From NCBI GenBank assembly GCA_964057225.1, contig OZ059894.1:19344001-19408000 (forward strand): 64,000 bases of DNA, given 5' to 3'. Position numbers and translations under genes: made by a program. Below the pieces are notes generated by a model that saw only the letters and a list, made by a program, of their open reading frames with translations, did no database searches and had not been told where the DNA came from. Position 1 is the stretch's first letter; every line of letters begins with the position of its first letter. Below are positions 15,001 to 30,000 of this stretch, one piece after another. This DNA is from Auanema rhodensis. Its lineage: Eukaryota; Animalia; Nematoda.

Positions 15001-18000
15001 GAACTTATATCAGTTGATATCTCGGTGCATTTTTAAGCTAGCGCAAATCTGATAACACAGATCGACGCAGCTTAAAAATCCGCATCGAATGCACTATACT
15101 ACATTGAGAAACGCTTAATACAAAAATTAGTTATGATCGTTTGAAAAATGATGCATTAGTGTATGTTGAGTTTCCATGTACACTCAACATTGCTTCCAAA
15201 AACATTTTGACAAAAATTTTTTCGAAAAATTTCAGAATAATTTAGCAAAAAGTAGATGTTTTTAGATTCCTTTTTTCAAGGCAAAGACGATGGTCAATGT
15301 TATTCAACGAAAAAATCAATTCTTCAGGGTGAAAATCGAGTATATAAGTGTGAACTTATATCAGTTGATATCTCGGTGCATTTTTAAGCTAGCGCAAATC
15401 TGATAACACAGATCGACGCAGCTTAAAAATCCGCATCGAATGCACTATACTACATTGAGAAACGCTTAATACAAAAATTAGTTATGATCGTTTGAAAAAT
15501 GATGCATTAGTGTATGTTGAGTTTCCATGTACACTCAACATTGCTTCCAAAAACATTTTGACAAAAATTTTTTCGAAAAATTTCAGAATAATTTAGCAAA
15601 AAGTAGATGTTTTTAGATTTCTTTTTTCAAGGCAAAGACGATGGTCAATGTTATTCAACGAAAAAATCAATTCTTCAGGGTGAAAATCGAGGATATAAGT
15701 GTGAACTTATATCAGTTGATATCTCGGTGCATTTTTAAGCTAGCGCAAATCTGATAACACAGATCGACGCAGCTTAAAAATCCGCATCGAATGCACTATA
15801 CTACATTGAGAAACGCTTAATACAAAAATTAGTTATGATCGTTTGAAAAATGATGCGTTAGTGTATGTTGAGTTTCCATGTACACTCAACATTGCTTCCA
15901 AAAACATTTTGACAAAAATTTTTTCGAAAAATTTCAAAATAATTTAGCAAAAAGTAGATGTTTTTAGATTCCATTTTTCAAGGCAAAGACGATGGACAAT
16001 GTTATTCAACGAAAAAATTAATTCTTCAGGGTGAAAATCGAGGATATAAGTGTGAACTTATATCAGTTGATATCTCGGTGCATTTTTAAGCTAGCGCAAA
16101 TCTGATAACACAGATCGACGCAGCTTAAAAATCCGCATCGAATGCCCTATACTACATTGAGAAACGCTTAATACAAAAATTAGTTATGATCGTTTGAAAA
16201 ATGATGCATTAGTGTATGTTGAGTTTCCATGTACACTCAACATTGCTTCCAAAAACATTTTGACAAAAATTTTTTCGAAAAATTTCAGAATAATTTAGCA
16301 AAAAGTAGATGTTTTTAGATTCCATTTTTCAAGGCAAAGACGATGGACAATGTTATTCAACGAAAAAATTAATTCTTCAGGGTGAAAATCGAGGATATAA
16401 GTGTGAACTTATATCAGTTGATATCTCGGTGCATTTTTAAGCTAGCGCAAATCTGATAACACAGATCGACGCAGCTTAAAAATCCGCATCGAATGCACTA
16501 TACTACATTAAAAAACGCTTAATACAAAAATTAGTTATGATCGTTCGAAAAATGATGCATTAGTGTATGTTGAGTTTCCATGTACACTCAACATTGCTTC
16601 CAAAAACATTTTGACAAAAATTTTTTCGAAAAATTTCAAAATAATTTAGCAAAAAGTAGATGTTTTTAGATTCCATTTTTCAAGGCAAAGACGATGGACA
16701 ATGTTATTCAACGAAAAAATTAATTCTTCAGGGTGAAAATCGAGGATATAAGTGTGAACTTATATCAGTTGATATCTCGGTGCATTTTTAAGCTAGCGCA
16801 AATCTGATAACACAGATCGACGCAGCTTAAAAATCCGCATCGAATGCACTATACTACATTGAAAAACGCTTAATACAAAAATTAGTTATGATCGTTCGAA
16901 AAATGATGCATTAGTGTATGTTGAGTTTCCATGTACACTCAACATTGCTTCCAAAAACATTTTGACAAAAATTTTTTCGAAAAATTTCAGAATAATTTAG
17001 CAAAAAGTAGATGTTTTTAGATTCCTTTTTTCAAGGCAAAGACGATGGTCAATGTTATTCAACGAAAAAATCAAATCTTCAGGGTGAAAATCGAGGATAT
17101 AAGTGTGAACTTATATCAGTTGATATCTCGGTGCATTTTTAAGCTAGCGCAAATCTGATAACACAGATCGACGCAGCTTAAAAATCCGCATCGAATGCAC
17201 TATACTACATTGAGAAACGCTCAATACAAAATATAGTTATGATCGTTTGAAAAATGATGCATTAGTGTATGTTGAGTTTCCATGTACACTCAACATTGCT
17301 TCCAAAAACATTTTGACAAAAATTTTTTCGAAAAATTTCAGAATAATTTAGCAAAAAGTAGATGTTTTTAGATTCCATTTTTCAAGGCAAAGACGATGGA
17401 CAATGTTATTCAACGAAAAAATTAATTCTTCAGGGTGAAAATCGAGGATATAAGTGTGAACTTATATCAGTTGATATCTCGGTGCATTTTTAAGCTAGCG
17501 CAAATCTGATAACACAGATCGACGCAGCTTAAAAATCCGCATCGAATGCACTATACTACATTAAAAAACGCTTAATACAAAAATTAGTTATGATCGTTCG
17601 AAAAATGATGCATTAGTGTATGTTGAGTTTCCATGTACACTCAACATTGCTTCCAAAAACATTTTGACAAAAATTTTTTCGAAAAATTTCAAAATAATTT
17701 AGCAAAAAGTAGATGTTTTTAGATTCCATTTTTCAAGGCAAAGACGATGGACAATGTTATTCAACGAAAAAATTAATTCTTCAGGGTGAAAATCGAGGAT
17801 ATAAGTGTGAACTTATATCAGTTGATATCTCGGTGCATTTTTAAGCTAGCGCAAATCTGATAACACAGATCGACGCAGCTTAAAAATCCGCATCGAATGC
17901 ACTATACTACATTGAGAAACGCTCAATACAAAATATAGTTATGATCGTTTGAAAAATGATGCATTAGTGTATGTTGAGTTTCCATGTACACTCAACATTG

Positions 18001-21000
18001 CTTCCAAAAACATTTTGACAAAAATTTTTTCGAAAAATTTCAGAATAATTTAGCAAAAAGTAGATGTTTTTAGATTCCATTTTTCAAGGCAAAGACGATG
18101 GACAATGTTATTCAACGAAAAAATTAATTCTTCAGGGTGAAAATCGAGGATATAAGTGTGAACTTATATCAGTTGATATCTCGGTGCATTTTTAAGCTAG
18201 CGCAAATCTGATAACACAGATCGACGCAGCTTAAAAATCCGCATCGAATGCACTATACTCATTGAAAAACGCTTAATACAAAAATTAGTTATGATCGTTC
18301 GAAAAATGATGCATTAGTGTATGTTGAGTTTCCATGTACACTCAACATTGCTTCCAAAAACATTTTGACAAAAATTTTTTCGAAAAATTTCAGAATAATT
18401 TAGCAAAAAGTAGATGTTTTTAGATTCCATTTTTCAAGGCAAAGACGATGGACAATGTTATTCAACGAAAAAATTAATTCTTCAGGGTGAAAATCGAGGA
18501 TATAAGTGTGAACTTATATCAGTTGATATCTCGGTGCATTTTTAAGCTAGCGCAAATCTGATAACACAGATCGACGCAGCGTAAAAATCCGCATCGAATG
18601 CACTATACTACATTGAAAAACGCTTAATACAAAAATTAGTTATGATCGTTCGAAAAATGATGCATTAGTGTATGTTGAGTTTCCATGTACACTCAACATT
18701 GCTTCCAAAAACATTTTGACAAAAATTTTTTCGAAAAATTTCAGAATAATTTAGCAAAAAGTAGATGTTTTTAGATTCCTTTTTTCAAGGCAAAGACGAT
18801 GGTCAATGTTATTCAACGAAAAAATCAATTCTTCAGGGTGAAAATCGAGTATATAAGTGTGAACTTATATCAGTTGATATCTCGGTGCATTTTTAAGCTA
18901 GCGCAAATCTGATAACACAGATCGACGCAGCTTAAAAATCCGCATCGAATGCACTATACTACATTGAGAAACGCTTAATACAAAAATTAGTTATGATCGT
19001 TTGAAAAATGATGCATTAGTGTATGTTGAGTTTCCATGTACACTCAACATTGCTTCCAAAAACATTTTGACAAAAATTTTTTCGAAAAATTTCAGAATAA
19101 TTTAGCAAAAAGTAGATGTTTTTAGATTTCTTTTTTCAAGGCAAAGACGATGGTCAATGTTATTCAACGAAAAAATCAATTCTTCAGGGTGAAAATCGAG
19201 GATATAAGTGTGAACTTATATCAGTTGATATCTCGGTGCATTTTTAAGCTAGCGCAAATCTGATAACACAGATCGACGCAGCTTAAAAATCCGCATCGAA
19301 TGCACTATACTACATTGAAAAACGCTTAATACAAAAATTAGTTATGATCGTTCGAAAAATGATGCATTAGTGTATGTTGAGTTTCCATGTACACTCAACA
19401 TTGCTTCCAAAAACATTTTGACAAAAATTTTTTCGAAAAATTTCAGAATAATTTAGCAAAAAGTAGATGTTTTTAGATTCCTTTTTTCAAGGCAAAGACG
19501 ATGGTCAATGTTATTCAACGAAAAAATCAATTCTTCAGGGTGAAAATCGAGTATATAAGTGTGAACTTATATCAGTTGATATCTCGGTGCATTTTTAAGC
19601 TAGCGCAAATCTGATAACACAGATCGACGCAGCTTAAAAATCCGCATCGAATGCACTATACTACATTGAGAAACGCTTAATACAAAAATTAGTTATGATC
19701 GTTTGAAAAATGATGCATTAGTGTATGTTGAGTTTCCATGTACACTCAACATTGCTTCCAAAAACATTTTGACAAAAATTTTTTCGAAAAATTTCAGAAT
19801 AATTTAGCAAAAAGTAGATGTTTTTAGATTTCTTTTTTCAAGGCAAAGACGATGGTCAATGTTATTCAACGAAAAAATCAATTCTTCAGGGTGAAAATCG
19901 AGGATATAAGTGTGAACTTATATCAGTTGATATCTCGGTGCATTTTTAAGCTAGCGCAAATCTGATAACACAGATCGACGCAGCTTAAAAATCCGCATCG
20001 AATGCACTATACTACATTGAAAAACGCTTAATACAAAAATTAGTTATGATCGTTCGAAAAATGATGCATTAGTGTATGTTGAGTTTCCATGTACACTCAA
20101 CATTGCTTCCAAAAACATTTTGACAAAAATTTTTTCGAAAAATTTCAGAATAATTTAGCAAAAAGTAGATGTTTTTAGATTCCTTTTTTCAAGGCAAAGA
20201 CGATGGTCAATGTTATTCAACGAAAAAATCAAATCTTCAGGGTGAAAATCGAGGATATAAGTGTGAACTTATATCAGTTGATATCTCGGTGCATTTTTAA
20301 GCTAGCGCAAATCTGATAACACAGATCGACGCAGCTTAAAAATCCGCATCGAATGCACTATACTATATTGAGAAACGCTCAATACAAAATATAGTTATGA
20401 TCGTTTGAAAAATGATGCATTAGTGTATGTTGAGTTTCCATGTACACTCAACATTGCTTCCAAAAACATTTTGACAAAAATTTTTTCGAAAAATTTCAGA
20501 ATAATTTAGCAAAAAGTAGATGTTTTTAGATTCCATTTTTCAAGGCAAAGACGATGGACAATGTTATTCAACGAAAAAATTAATTCTTCAGGGTGAAAAT
20601 CGAGGATATAAGTGTGAACTTATATCAGTTGATATCTCGGTGCATTTTTAAGCTAGCGCAAATCTGATAACACAGATCGACGCAGCTTAAAAATCCGCAT
20701 CGAATGCACTATACTACATTAAAAAACGCTTAATACAAAAATTAGTTATGATCGTTCGAAAAATGATGCATTAGTGTATGTTGAGTTTCCATGTACACTC
20801 AACATTGCTTCCAAAAACATTTTGACAAAAATTTTTTCGAAAAATTTCAAAATAATTTAGCAAAAAGTAGATGTTTTTAGATTCCATTTTTCAAGGCAAA
20901 GACGATGGACAATGTTATTCAACGAAAAAATTAATTCTTCAGGGTGAAAATCGAGGATATAAGTGTGAACTTATATCAGTTGATATCTCGGTGCATTTTT

Positions 21001-24000
21001 AAGCTAGCGCAAATCTGATAACACAGATCGACGCAGCTTAAAAATCCGCATCGAATGCACTATACTACATTGAAAAACGCTTAATACAAAAATTAGTTAT
21101 GATCGTTCGAAAAATGATGCATTAGTGTATGTTGAGTTTCCATGTACACTCAACATTGCTTCCAAAAACATTTTGACAAAAATTTTTTCGAAAAATTTCA
21201 GAATAATTTAGCAAAAAGTAGATGTTTTTAGATTCCTTTTTTCAAGGCAAAGACGATGGTCAATGTTATTCAACGAAAAAATCAAATCTTCAGGGTGAAA
21301 ATCGAGGATATAAGTGTGAACTTATATCAGTTGATATCTCGGTGCATTTTTAAGCTAGCGCAAATCTGATAACACAGATCGACGCAGCTTAAAAATCCGC
21401 ATCGAATGCACTATACTACATTGAGAAACGCTCAATACAAAATATAGTTATGATCGTTTGAAAAATGATGCATTAGTGTATGTTGAGTTTCCATGTACAC
21501 TCAACATTGCTTCCAAAAACATTTTGACAAAAATTTTTTCGAAAAATTTCAGAATAATTTAGCAAAAAGTAGATGTTTTTAGATTCCATTTTTCAAGGCA
21601 AAGACGATGGACAATGTTATTCAACGAAAAAATTAATTCTTCAGGGTGAAAATCGAGGATATAAGTGTGAACTTATATCAGTTGATATCTCGGTGCATTT
21701 TTAAGCTAGCGCAAATCTGATAACACAGATCGACGCAGCTTAAAAATCCGCATCGAATGCACTATACTCATTGAAAAACGCTTAATACAAAAATTAGTTA
21801 TGATCGTTCGAAAAATGATGCATTAGTGTATGTTGAGTTTCCATGTACACTCAACATTGCTTCCAAAAACATTTTGACAAAAATTTTTTCGAAAAATTTC
21901 AGAATAATTTAGCAAAAAGTAGATGTTTTCAGATTCCATTTTTCAAGGCAAAGACGATGGACAATGTTATTCAACGAAAAAATTAATTCTTCAGGGTGAA
22001 AATCGAGGATATAAGTGTGAACTTATATCAGTTGATATCTCGGTGCATTTTTAAGCTAGCGCAAATCTGATAACACAGATCGACGCAGCGTAAAAATCCG
22101 CATCGAATGCACTATACTACATTGAAAAACGCTTAATACAAAAATTAGTTATGATCGTTCGAAAAATGATGCATTAGTGTATGTTGAGTTTCCATGTACA
22201 CTCAACATTGCTTCCAAAAACATTTTGACAAAAATTTTTTCGAAAAATTTCAGAATAATTTAGCAAAAAGTAGATGTTTTTAGATTCCTTTTTTCAAGGC
22301 AAAGACGATGGTCAATGTTATTCAACGAAAAAATCAATTCTTCAGGGTGAAAATCGAGTATATAAGTGTGAACTTATATCAGTTGATATCTCGGTGCATT
22401 TTTAAGCTAGCGCAAATCTGATAACACAGATCGACGCAGCTTAAAAATCCGCATCGAATGCACTATACTACATTGAGAAACGCTTAATACAAAAATTAGT
22501 TATGATCGTTTGAAAAATGATGCATTAGTGTATGTTGAGTTTCCATGTACACTCAACATTGCTTCCAAAAACATTTTGACAAAAATTTTTTCGAAAAATT
22601 TCAGAATAATTTAGCAAAAAGTAGATGTTTTTAGATTTCTTTTTTCAAGGCAAAGACGATGGTCAATGTTATTCAACGAAAAAATCAATTCTTCAGGGTG
22701 AAAATCGAGGATATAAGTGTGAACTTATATCAGTTGATATCTCGGTGCATTTTTAAGCTAGCGCAAATCTGATAACACAGATCGACGCAGCTTAAAAATC
22801 CGCATCGAATGCACTATACTACATTGAGAAACGCTTAATACAAAAATTAGTTATGATCGTTTGAAAAATGATGCGTTAGTGTATGTTGAGTTTCCATGTA
22901 CACTCAACATTGCTTCCAAAAACATTTTGACAAAAATTTTTTCGAAAAATTTCAAAATAATTTAGCAAAAAGTAGATGTTTTTAGATTCCATTTTTCAAG
23001 GCAAAGACGATGGACAATGTTATTCAACGAAAAAATTAATTCTTCAGGGTGAAAATCGAGGATATAAGTGTGAACTTATATCAGTTGATATCTCGGTGCA
23101 TTTTTAAGCTAGCGCAAATCTGATAACACAGATCGACGCAGCGTAAAAATCCGCATCGAATGCACTATACTACATTGAAAAACGCTTAATACAAAAATTA
23201 GTTATGATCGTTCGAAAAATGATGCATTAGTGTATGTTGAGTTTCCATGTACACTCAACATTGCTTCCAAAAACATTTTGACAAAAATTTTTTCGAAAAA
23301 TTTCAGAATAATTTAGCAAAAAGTAGATGTTTTTAGATTCCTTTTTTCAAGGCAAAGACGATGGTCAATGTTATTCAACGAAAAAATCAATTCTTCAGGG
23401 TGAAAATCGAGTATATAAGTGTGAACTTATATCAGTTGATATCTCGGTGCATTTTTAAGCTAGCGCAAATCTGATAACACAGATCGACGCAGCTTAAAAA
23501 TCCGCATCGAATGCACTATACTACATTGAGAAACGCTTAATACAAAAATTAGTTATGATCGTTTGAAAAATGATGCATTAGTGTATGTTGAGTTTCCATG
23601 TACACTCAACATTGCTTCCAAAAACATTTTGACAAAAATTTTTTCGAAAAATTTCAGAATAATTTAGCAAAAAGTAGATGTTTTTAGATTCCTTTTTTCA
23701 AGGCAAAGACGATGGTCAATGTTATTCAACGAAAAAATCAAATCTTCAGGGTGAAAATCGAGGATATAAGTGTGAACTTATATCAGTTGATATCTCGGTG
23801 CATTTTTAAGCTAGCGCAAATCTGATAACACAGATCGACGCAGCTTAAAAATCCGCATCGAATGCACTATACTACATTGAGAAACGCTCAATACAAAATA
23901 TAGTTATGATCGTTTGAAAAATGATGCATTAGTGTATGTTGAGTTTCCATGTACACTCAACATTGCTTCCAAAAACATTTTGACAAAAATTTTTTCGAAA

Positions 24001-27000
24001 AATTTCAGAATAATTTAGCAAAAAGTAGATGTTTTTAGATTCCATTTTTCAAGGCAAAGACGATGGACAATGTTATTCAACGAAAAAATTAATTCTTCAG
24101 GGTGAAAATCGAGGATATAAGTGTGAACTTATATCAGTTGATATCTCGGTGCATTTTTAAGCTAGCGCAAATCTGATAACACAGATCGACGCAGCTTAAA
24201 AATCCGCATCGAATGCACTATACTCATTGAAAAACGCTTAATACAAAAATTAGTTATGATCGTTCGAAAAATGATGCATTAGTGTATGTTGAGTTTCCAT
24301 GTACACTCAACATTGCTTCCAAAAACATTTTGACAAAAATTTTTTCGAAAAATTTCAGAATAATTTAGCAAAAAGTAGATGTTTTCAGATTCCATTTTTC
24401 AAGGCAAAGACGATGGACAATGTTATTCAACGAAAAAATTAATTCTTCAGGGTGAAAATCGAGGATATAAGTGTGAACTTATATCAGTTGATATCTCGGT
24501 GCATTTTTAAGCTAGCGCAAATCTGATAACACAGATCGACGCAGCGTAAAAATCCGCATCGAATGCACTATACTACATTGAAAAACGCTTAATACAAAAA
24601 TTAGTTATGATCGTTCGAAAAATGATGCATTAGTGTATGTTGAGTTTCCATGTACACTCAACATTGCTTCCAAAAACATTTTGACAAAAATTTTTTCGAA
24701 AAATTTCAGAATAATTTAGCAAAAAGTAGATGTTTTTAGATTCCTTTTTTCAAGGCAAAGACGATGGTCAATGTTATTCAACGAAAAAATCAATTCTTCA
24801 GGGTGAAAATCGAGTATATAAGTGTGAACTTATATCAGTTGATATCTCGGTGCATTTTTAAGCTAGCGCAAATCTGATAACACAGATCGACGCAGCTTAA
24901 AAATCCGCATCGAATGCACTATACTACATTGAGAAACGCTTAATACAAAAATTAGTTATGATCGTTTGAAAAATGATGCATTAGTGTATGTTGAGTTTCC
25001 ATGTACACTCAACATTGCTTCCAAAAACATTTTGACAAAAATTTTTTCGAAAAATTTCAGAATAATTTAGCAAAAAGTAGATGTTTTTAGATTTCTTTTT
25101 TCAAGGCAAAGACGATGGTCAATGTTATTCAACGAAAAAATCAATTCTTCAGGGTGAAAATCGAGGATATAAGTGTGAACTTATATCAGTTGATATCTCG
25201 GTGCATTTTTAAGCTAGCGCAAATCTGATAACACAGATCGACGCAGCTTAAAAATCCGCATCGAATGCACTATACTACATTGAGAAACGCTTAATACAAA
25301 AATTAGTTATGATCGTTTGAAAAATGATGCGTTAGTGTATGTTGAGTTTCCATGTACACTCAACATTGCTTCCAAAAACATTTTGACAAAAATTTTTTCG
25401 AAAAATTTCAAAATAATTTAGCAAAAAGTAGATGTTTTTAGATTCCATTTTTCAAGGCAAAGACGATGGACAATGTTATTCAACGAAAAAATTAATTCTT
25501 CAGGGTGAAAATCGAGGATATAAGTGTGAACTTATATCAGTTGATATCTCGGTGCATTTTTAAGCTAGCGCAAATCTGATAACACAGATCGACGCAGCGT
25601 AAAAATCCGCATCGAATGCACTATACTACATTGAAAAACGCTTAATACAAAAATTAGTTATGATCGTTCGAAAAATGATGCATTAGTGTATGTTGAGTTT
25701 CCATGTACACTCAACATTGCTTCCAAAAACATTTTGACAAAAATTTTTTCGAAAAATTTCAGAATAATTTAGCAAAAAGTAGATGTTTTTAGATTCCTTT
25801 TTTCAAGGCAAAGACGATGGTCAATGTTATTCAACGAAAAAATCAATTCTTCAGGGTGAAAATCGAGTATATAAGTGTGAACTTATATCAGTTGATATCT
25901 CGGTGCATTTTTAAGCTAGCGCAAATCTGATAACACAGATCGACGCAGCTTAAAAATCCGCATCGAATGCACTATACTACATTGAGAAACGCTTAATACA
26001 AAAATTAGTTATGATCGTTTGAAAAATGATGCATTAGTGTATGTTGAGTTTCCATGTACACTCAACATTGCTTCCAAAAACATTTTGACAAAAATTTTTT
26101 CGAAAAATTTCAGAATAATTTAGCAAAAAGTAGATGTTTTTAGATTTCTTTTTTCAAGGCAAAGACGATGGTCAATGTTATTCAACGAAAAAATCAATTC
26201 TTCAGGGTGAAAATCGAGGATATAAGTGTGAACTTATATCAGTTGATATCTCGGTGCATTTTTAAGCTAGCGCAAATCTGATAACACAGATCGACGCAGC
26301 TTAAAAATCCGCATCGAATGCACTATACTACATTGAGAAACGCTTAATACAAAAATTAGTTATGATCGTTTGAAAAATGATGCGTTAGTGTATGTTGAGT
26401 TTCCATGTACACTCAACATTGCTTCCAAAAACATTTTGACAAAAATTTTTTCGAAAAATTTCAAAATAATTTAGCAAAAAGTAGATGTTTTTAGATTCCA
26501 TTTTTCAAGGCAAAGACGATGGACAATGTTATTCAACGAAAAAATTAATTCTTCAGGGTGAAAATCGAGGATATAAGTGTGAACTTATATCAGTTGATAT
26601 CTCGGTGCATTTTTAAGCTAGCGCAAATCTGATAACACAGATCGACGCAGCTTAAAAATCCGCATCGAATGCACTATACTACATTGAAAAACGCTTAATA
26701 CAAAAATTAGTTATGATCGTTCGAAAAATGATGCATTAGTGTATGTTGAGTTTCCATGTACACTCAACATTGCTTCCAAAAACATTTTGACAAAAATTTT
26801 TTCGAAAAATTTCAGAATAATTTAGCAAAAAGTAGATGTTTTTAGATTCCTTTTTTCAAGGCAAAGACGATGGTCAATGTTATTCAACGAAAAAATTAAA
26901 TCTTCAGGGTGAAAATCGAGGATATAAGTGTGAACTTATATCAGTTGATATCTCGGTGCATTTTTAAGCTAGCGCAAATCTGATAACACAGATCGACGCA

Positions 27001-30000
27001 GCTTAAAAATCCGCATCGAATGCACTATACTACATTGAGAAACGCTCAATACAAAATATAGTTATGATCGTTTGAAAAATGATGCATTAGTGTATGTTGA
27101 GTTTCCATGTACACTCAACATTGCTTCCAAAAACATTTTGACAAAAATTTTTTCGAAAAATTTCAGAATAATTTAGCAAAAAGTAGATGTTTTTAGATTC
27201 CATTTTTCAAGGCAAAGACGATGGACAATGTTATTCAACGAAAAAATTAATTCTTCAGGGTGAAAATCGAGGATATAAGTGTGAACTTATATCAGTTGAT
27301 ATCTCGGTGCATTTTTAAGCTAGCGCAAATCTGATAACACAGATCGACGCAGCTTAAAAATCCGCATCGAATGCACTATACTCATTGAAAAACGCTTAAT
27401 ACAAAAATTAGTTATGATCGTTCGAAAAATGATGCATTAGTGTATGTTGAGTTTCCATGTACACTCAACATTGCTTCCAAAAACATTTTGACAAAAATTT
27501 TTTCGAAAAATTTCAGAATAATTTAGCAAAAAGTAGATGTTTTTAGATTCCATTTTTCAAGGCAAAGACGATGGACAATGTTATTCAACGAAAAAATTAA
27601 TTCTTCAGGGTGAAAATCGAGGATATAAGTGTGAACTTATATCAGTTGATATCTCGGTGCATTTTTAAGCTAGCGCAAATCTGATAACACAGATCGACGC
27701 AGCTTAAAAATCCGCATCGAATGCACTATACTCATTGAAAAACGCTTAATACAAAAATTAGTTATGATCGTTCGAAAAATGATGCATTAGTGTATGTTGA
27801 GTTTCCATGTACACTCAACATTGCTTCCAAAAACATTTTGACAAAAATTTTTTCGAAAAATTTCAGAATAATTTAGCAAAAAGTAGATGTTTTTAGATTC
27901 CATTTTTCAAGGCAAAGACGATGGACAATGTTATTCAACGAAAAAATTAATTCTTCAGGGTGAAAATCGAGGATATAAGTGTGAACTTATATCAGTTGAT
28001 ATCTCGGTGCATTTTTAAGCTAGCGCAAATCTGATAACACAGATCGACGCAGCTTAAAAATCCGCATCGAATGCACTATACTACATTGAGAAACGCTCAA
28101 TACAAAATATAGTTATGATCGTTTGAAAAATGATGCATTAGTGTATGTTGAGTTTCCATGTACACTCAACATTGCTTCCAAAAACATTTTGACAAAAATT
28201 TTTTCGAAAAATTTCAGAATAATTTAGCAAAAAGTAGATGTTTTTAGATTCCATTTTTCAAGGCAAAGACGATGGACAATGTTATTCAACGAAAAAATTA
28301 ATTCTTCAGGGTGAAAATCGAGGATATAAGTGTGAACTTATATCAGTTGATATCTCGGTGCATTTTTAAGCTAGCGCAAATCTGATAACACAGATCGACG
28401 CAGCTTAAAAATCCGCATCGAATGCACTATACTCATTGAAAAACGCTTAATACAAAAATTAGTTATGATCGTTCGAAAAATGATGCATTAGTGTATGTTG
28501 AGTTTCCATGTACACTCAACATTGCTTCCAAAAACATTTTGACAAAAATTTTTTCGAAAAATTTCAGAATAATTTAGCAAAAAGTAGATGTTTTTAGATT
28601 CCATTTTTCAAGGCAAAGACGATGGACAATGTTATTCAACGAAAAAATTAATTCTTCAGGGTGAAAATCGAGGATATAAGTGTGAACTTATATCAGTTGA
28701 TATCTCGGTGCATTTTTAAGCTAGCGCAAATCTGATAACACAGATCGACGCAGCTTAAAAATCCGCATCGAATGCACTATACTCATTGAAAAACGCTTAA
28801 TACAAAAATTAGTTATGATCGTTCGAAAAATGATGCATTAGTGTATGTTGAGTTTCCATGTACACTCAACATTGCTTCCAAAAACATTTTGACAAAAATT
28901 TTTTCGAAAAATTTCAGAATAATTTAGCAAAAAGTAGATGTTTTTAGATTCCATTTTTCAAGGCAAAGACGATGGACAATGTTATTCAACGAAAAAATTA
29001 ATTCTTCAGGGTGAAAATCGAGGATATAAGTGTGAACTTATATCAGTTGATATCTCGGTGCATTTTTAAGCTAGCGCAAATCTGATAACACAGATCGACG
29101 CAGCGTAAAAATCCGCATCGAATGCACTATACTACATTGAAAAACGCTTAATACAAAAATTAGTTATGATCGTTCGAAAAATGATGCATTAGTGTATGTT
29201 GAGTTTCCATGTACACTCAACATTGCTTCCAAAAACATTTTGACAAAAATTTTTTCGAAAAATTTCAGAATAATTTAGCAAAAAGTAGATGTTTTTAGAT
29301 TCCTTTTTTCAAGGCAAAGACGATGGTCAATGTTATTCAACGAAAAAATCAATTCTTCAGGGTGAAAATCGAGTATATAAGTGTGAACTTATATCAGTTG
29401 ATATCTCGGTGCATTTTTAAGCTAGCGCAAATCTGATAACACAGATCGACGCAGCTTAAAAATCCGCATCGAATGCACTATACTACATTGAAAAACGCTT
29501 AATACAAAAATTAGTTATGATCGTTCGAAAAATGATGCATTAGTGTATGTTGAGTTTCCATGTACACTCAACATTGCTTCCAAAAACATTTTGACAAAAA
29601 TTTTTTCGAAAAATTTCAGAATAATTTAGCAAAAAGTAGATGTTTTTAGATTTCTTTTTTCAAGGCAAAGACGATGGTCAATGTTATTCAACGAAAAAAT
29701 CAATTCTTCAGGGTGAAAATCGAGGATATAAGTGTGAACTTATATCAGTTGATATCTCGGTGCATTTTTAAGCTAGCGCAAATCTGATAACACAGATCGA
29801 CGCAGCTTAAAAATCCGCATCGAATGCACTATACTACATTGAGAAACGCTTAATACAAAAATTAGTTATGATCGTTTGAAAAATGATGCGTTAGTGTATG
29901 TTGAGTTTCCATGTACACTCAACATTGCTTCCAAAAACATTTTGACAAAAATTTTTTCGAAAAATTTCAAAATAATTTAGCAAAAAGTAGATGTTTTTAG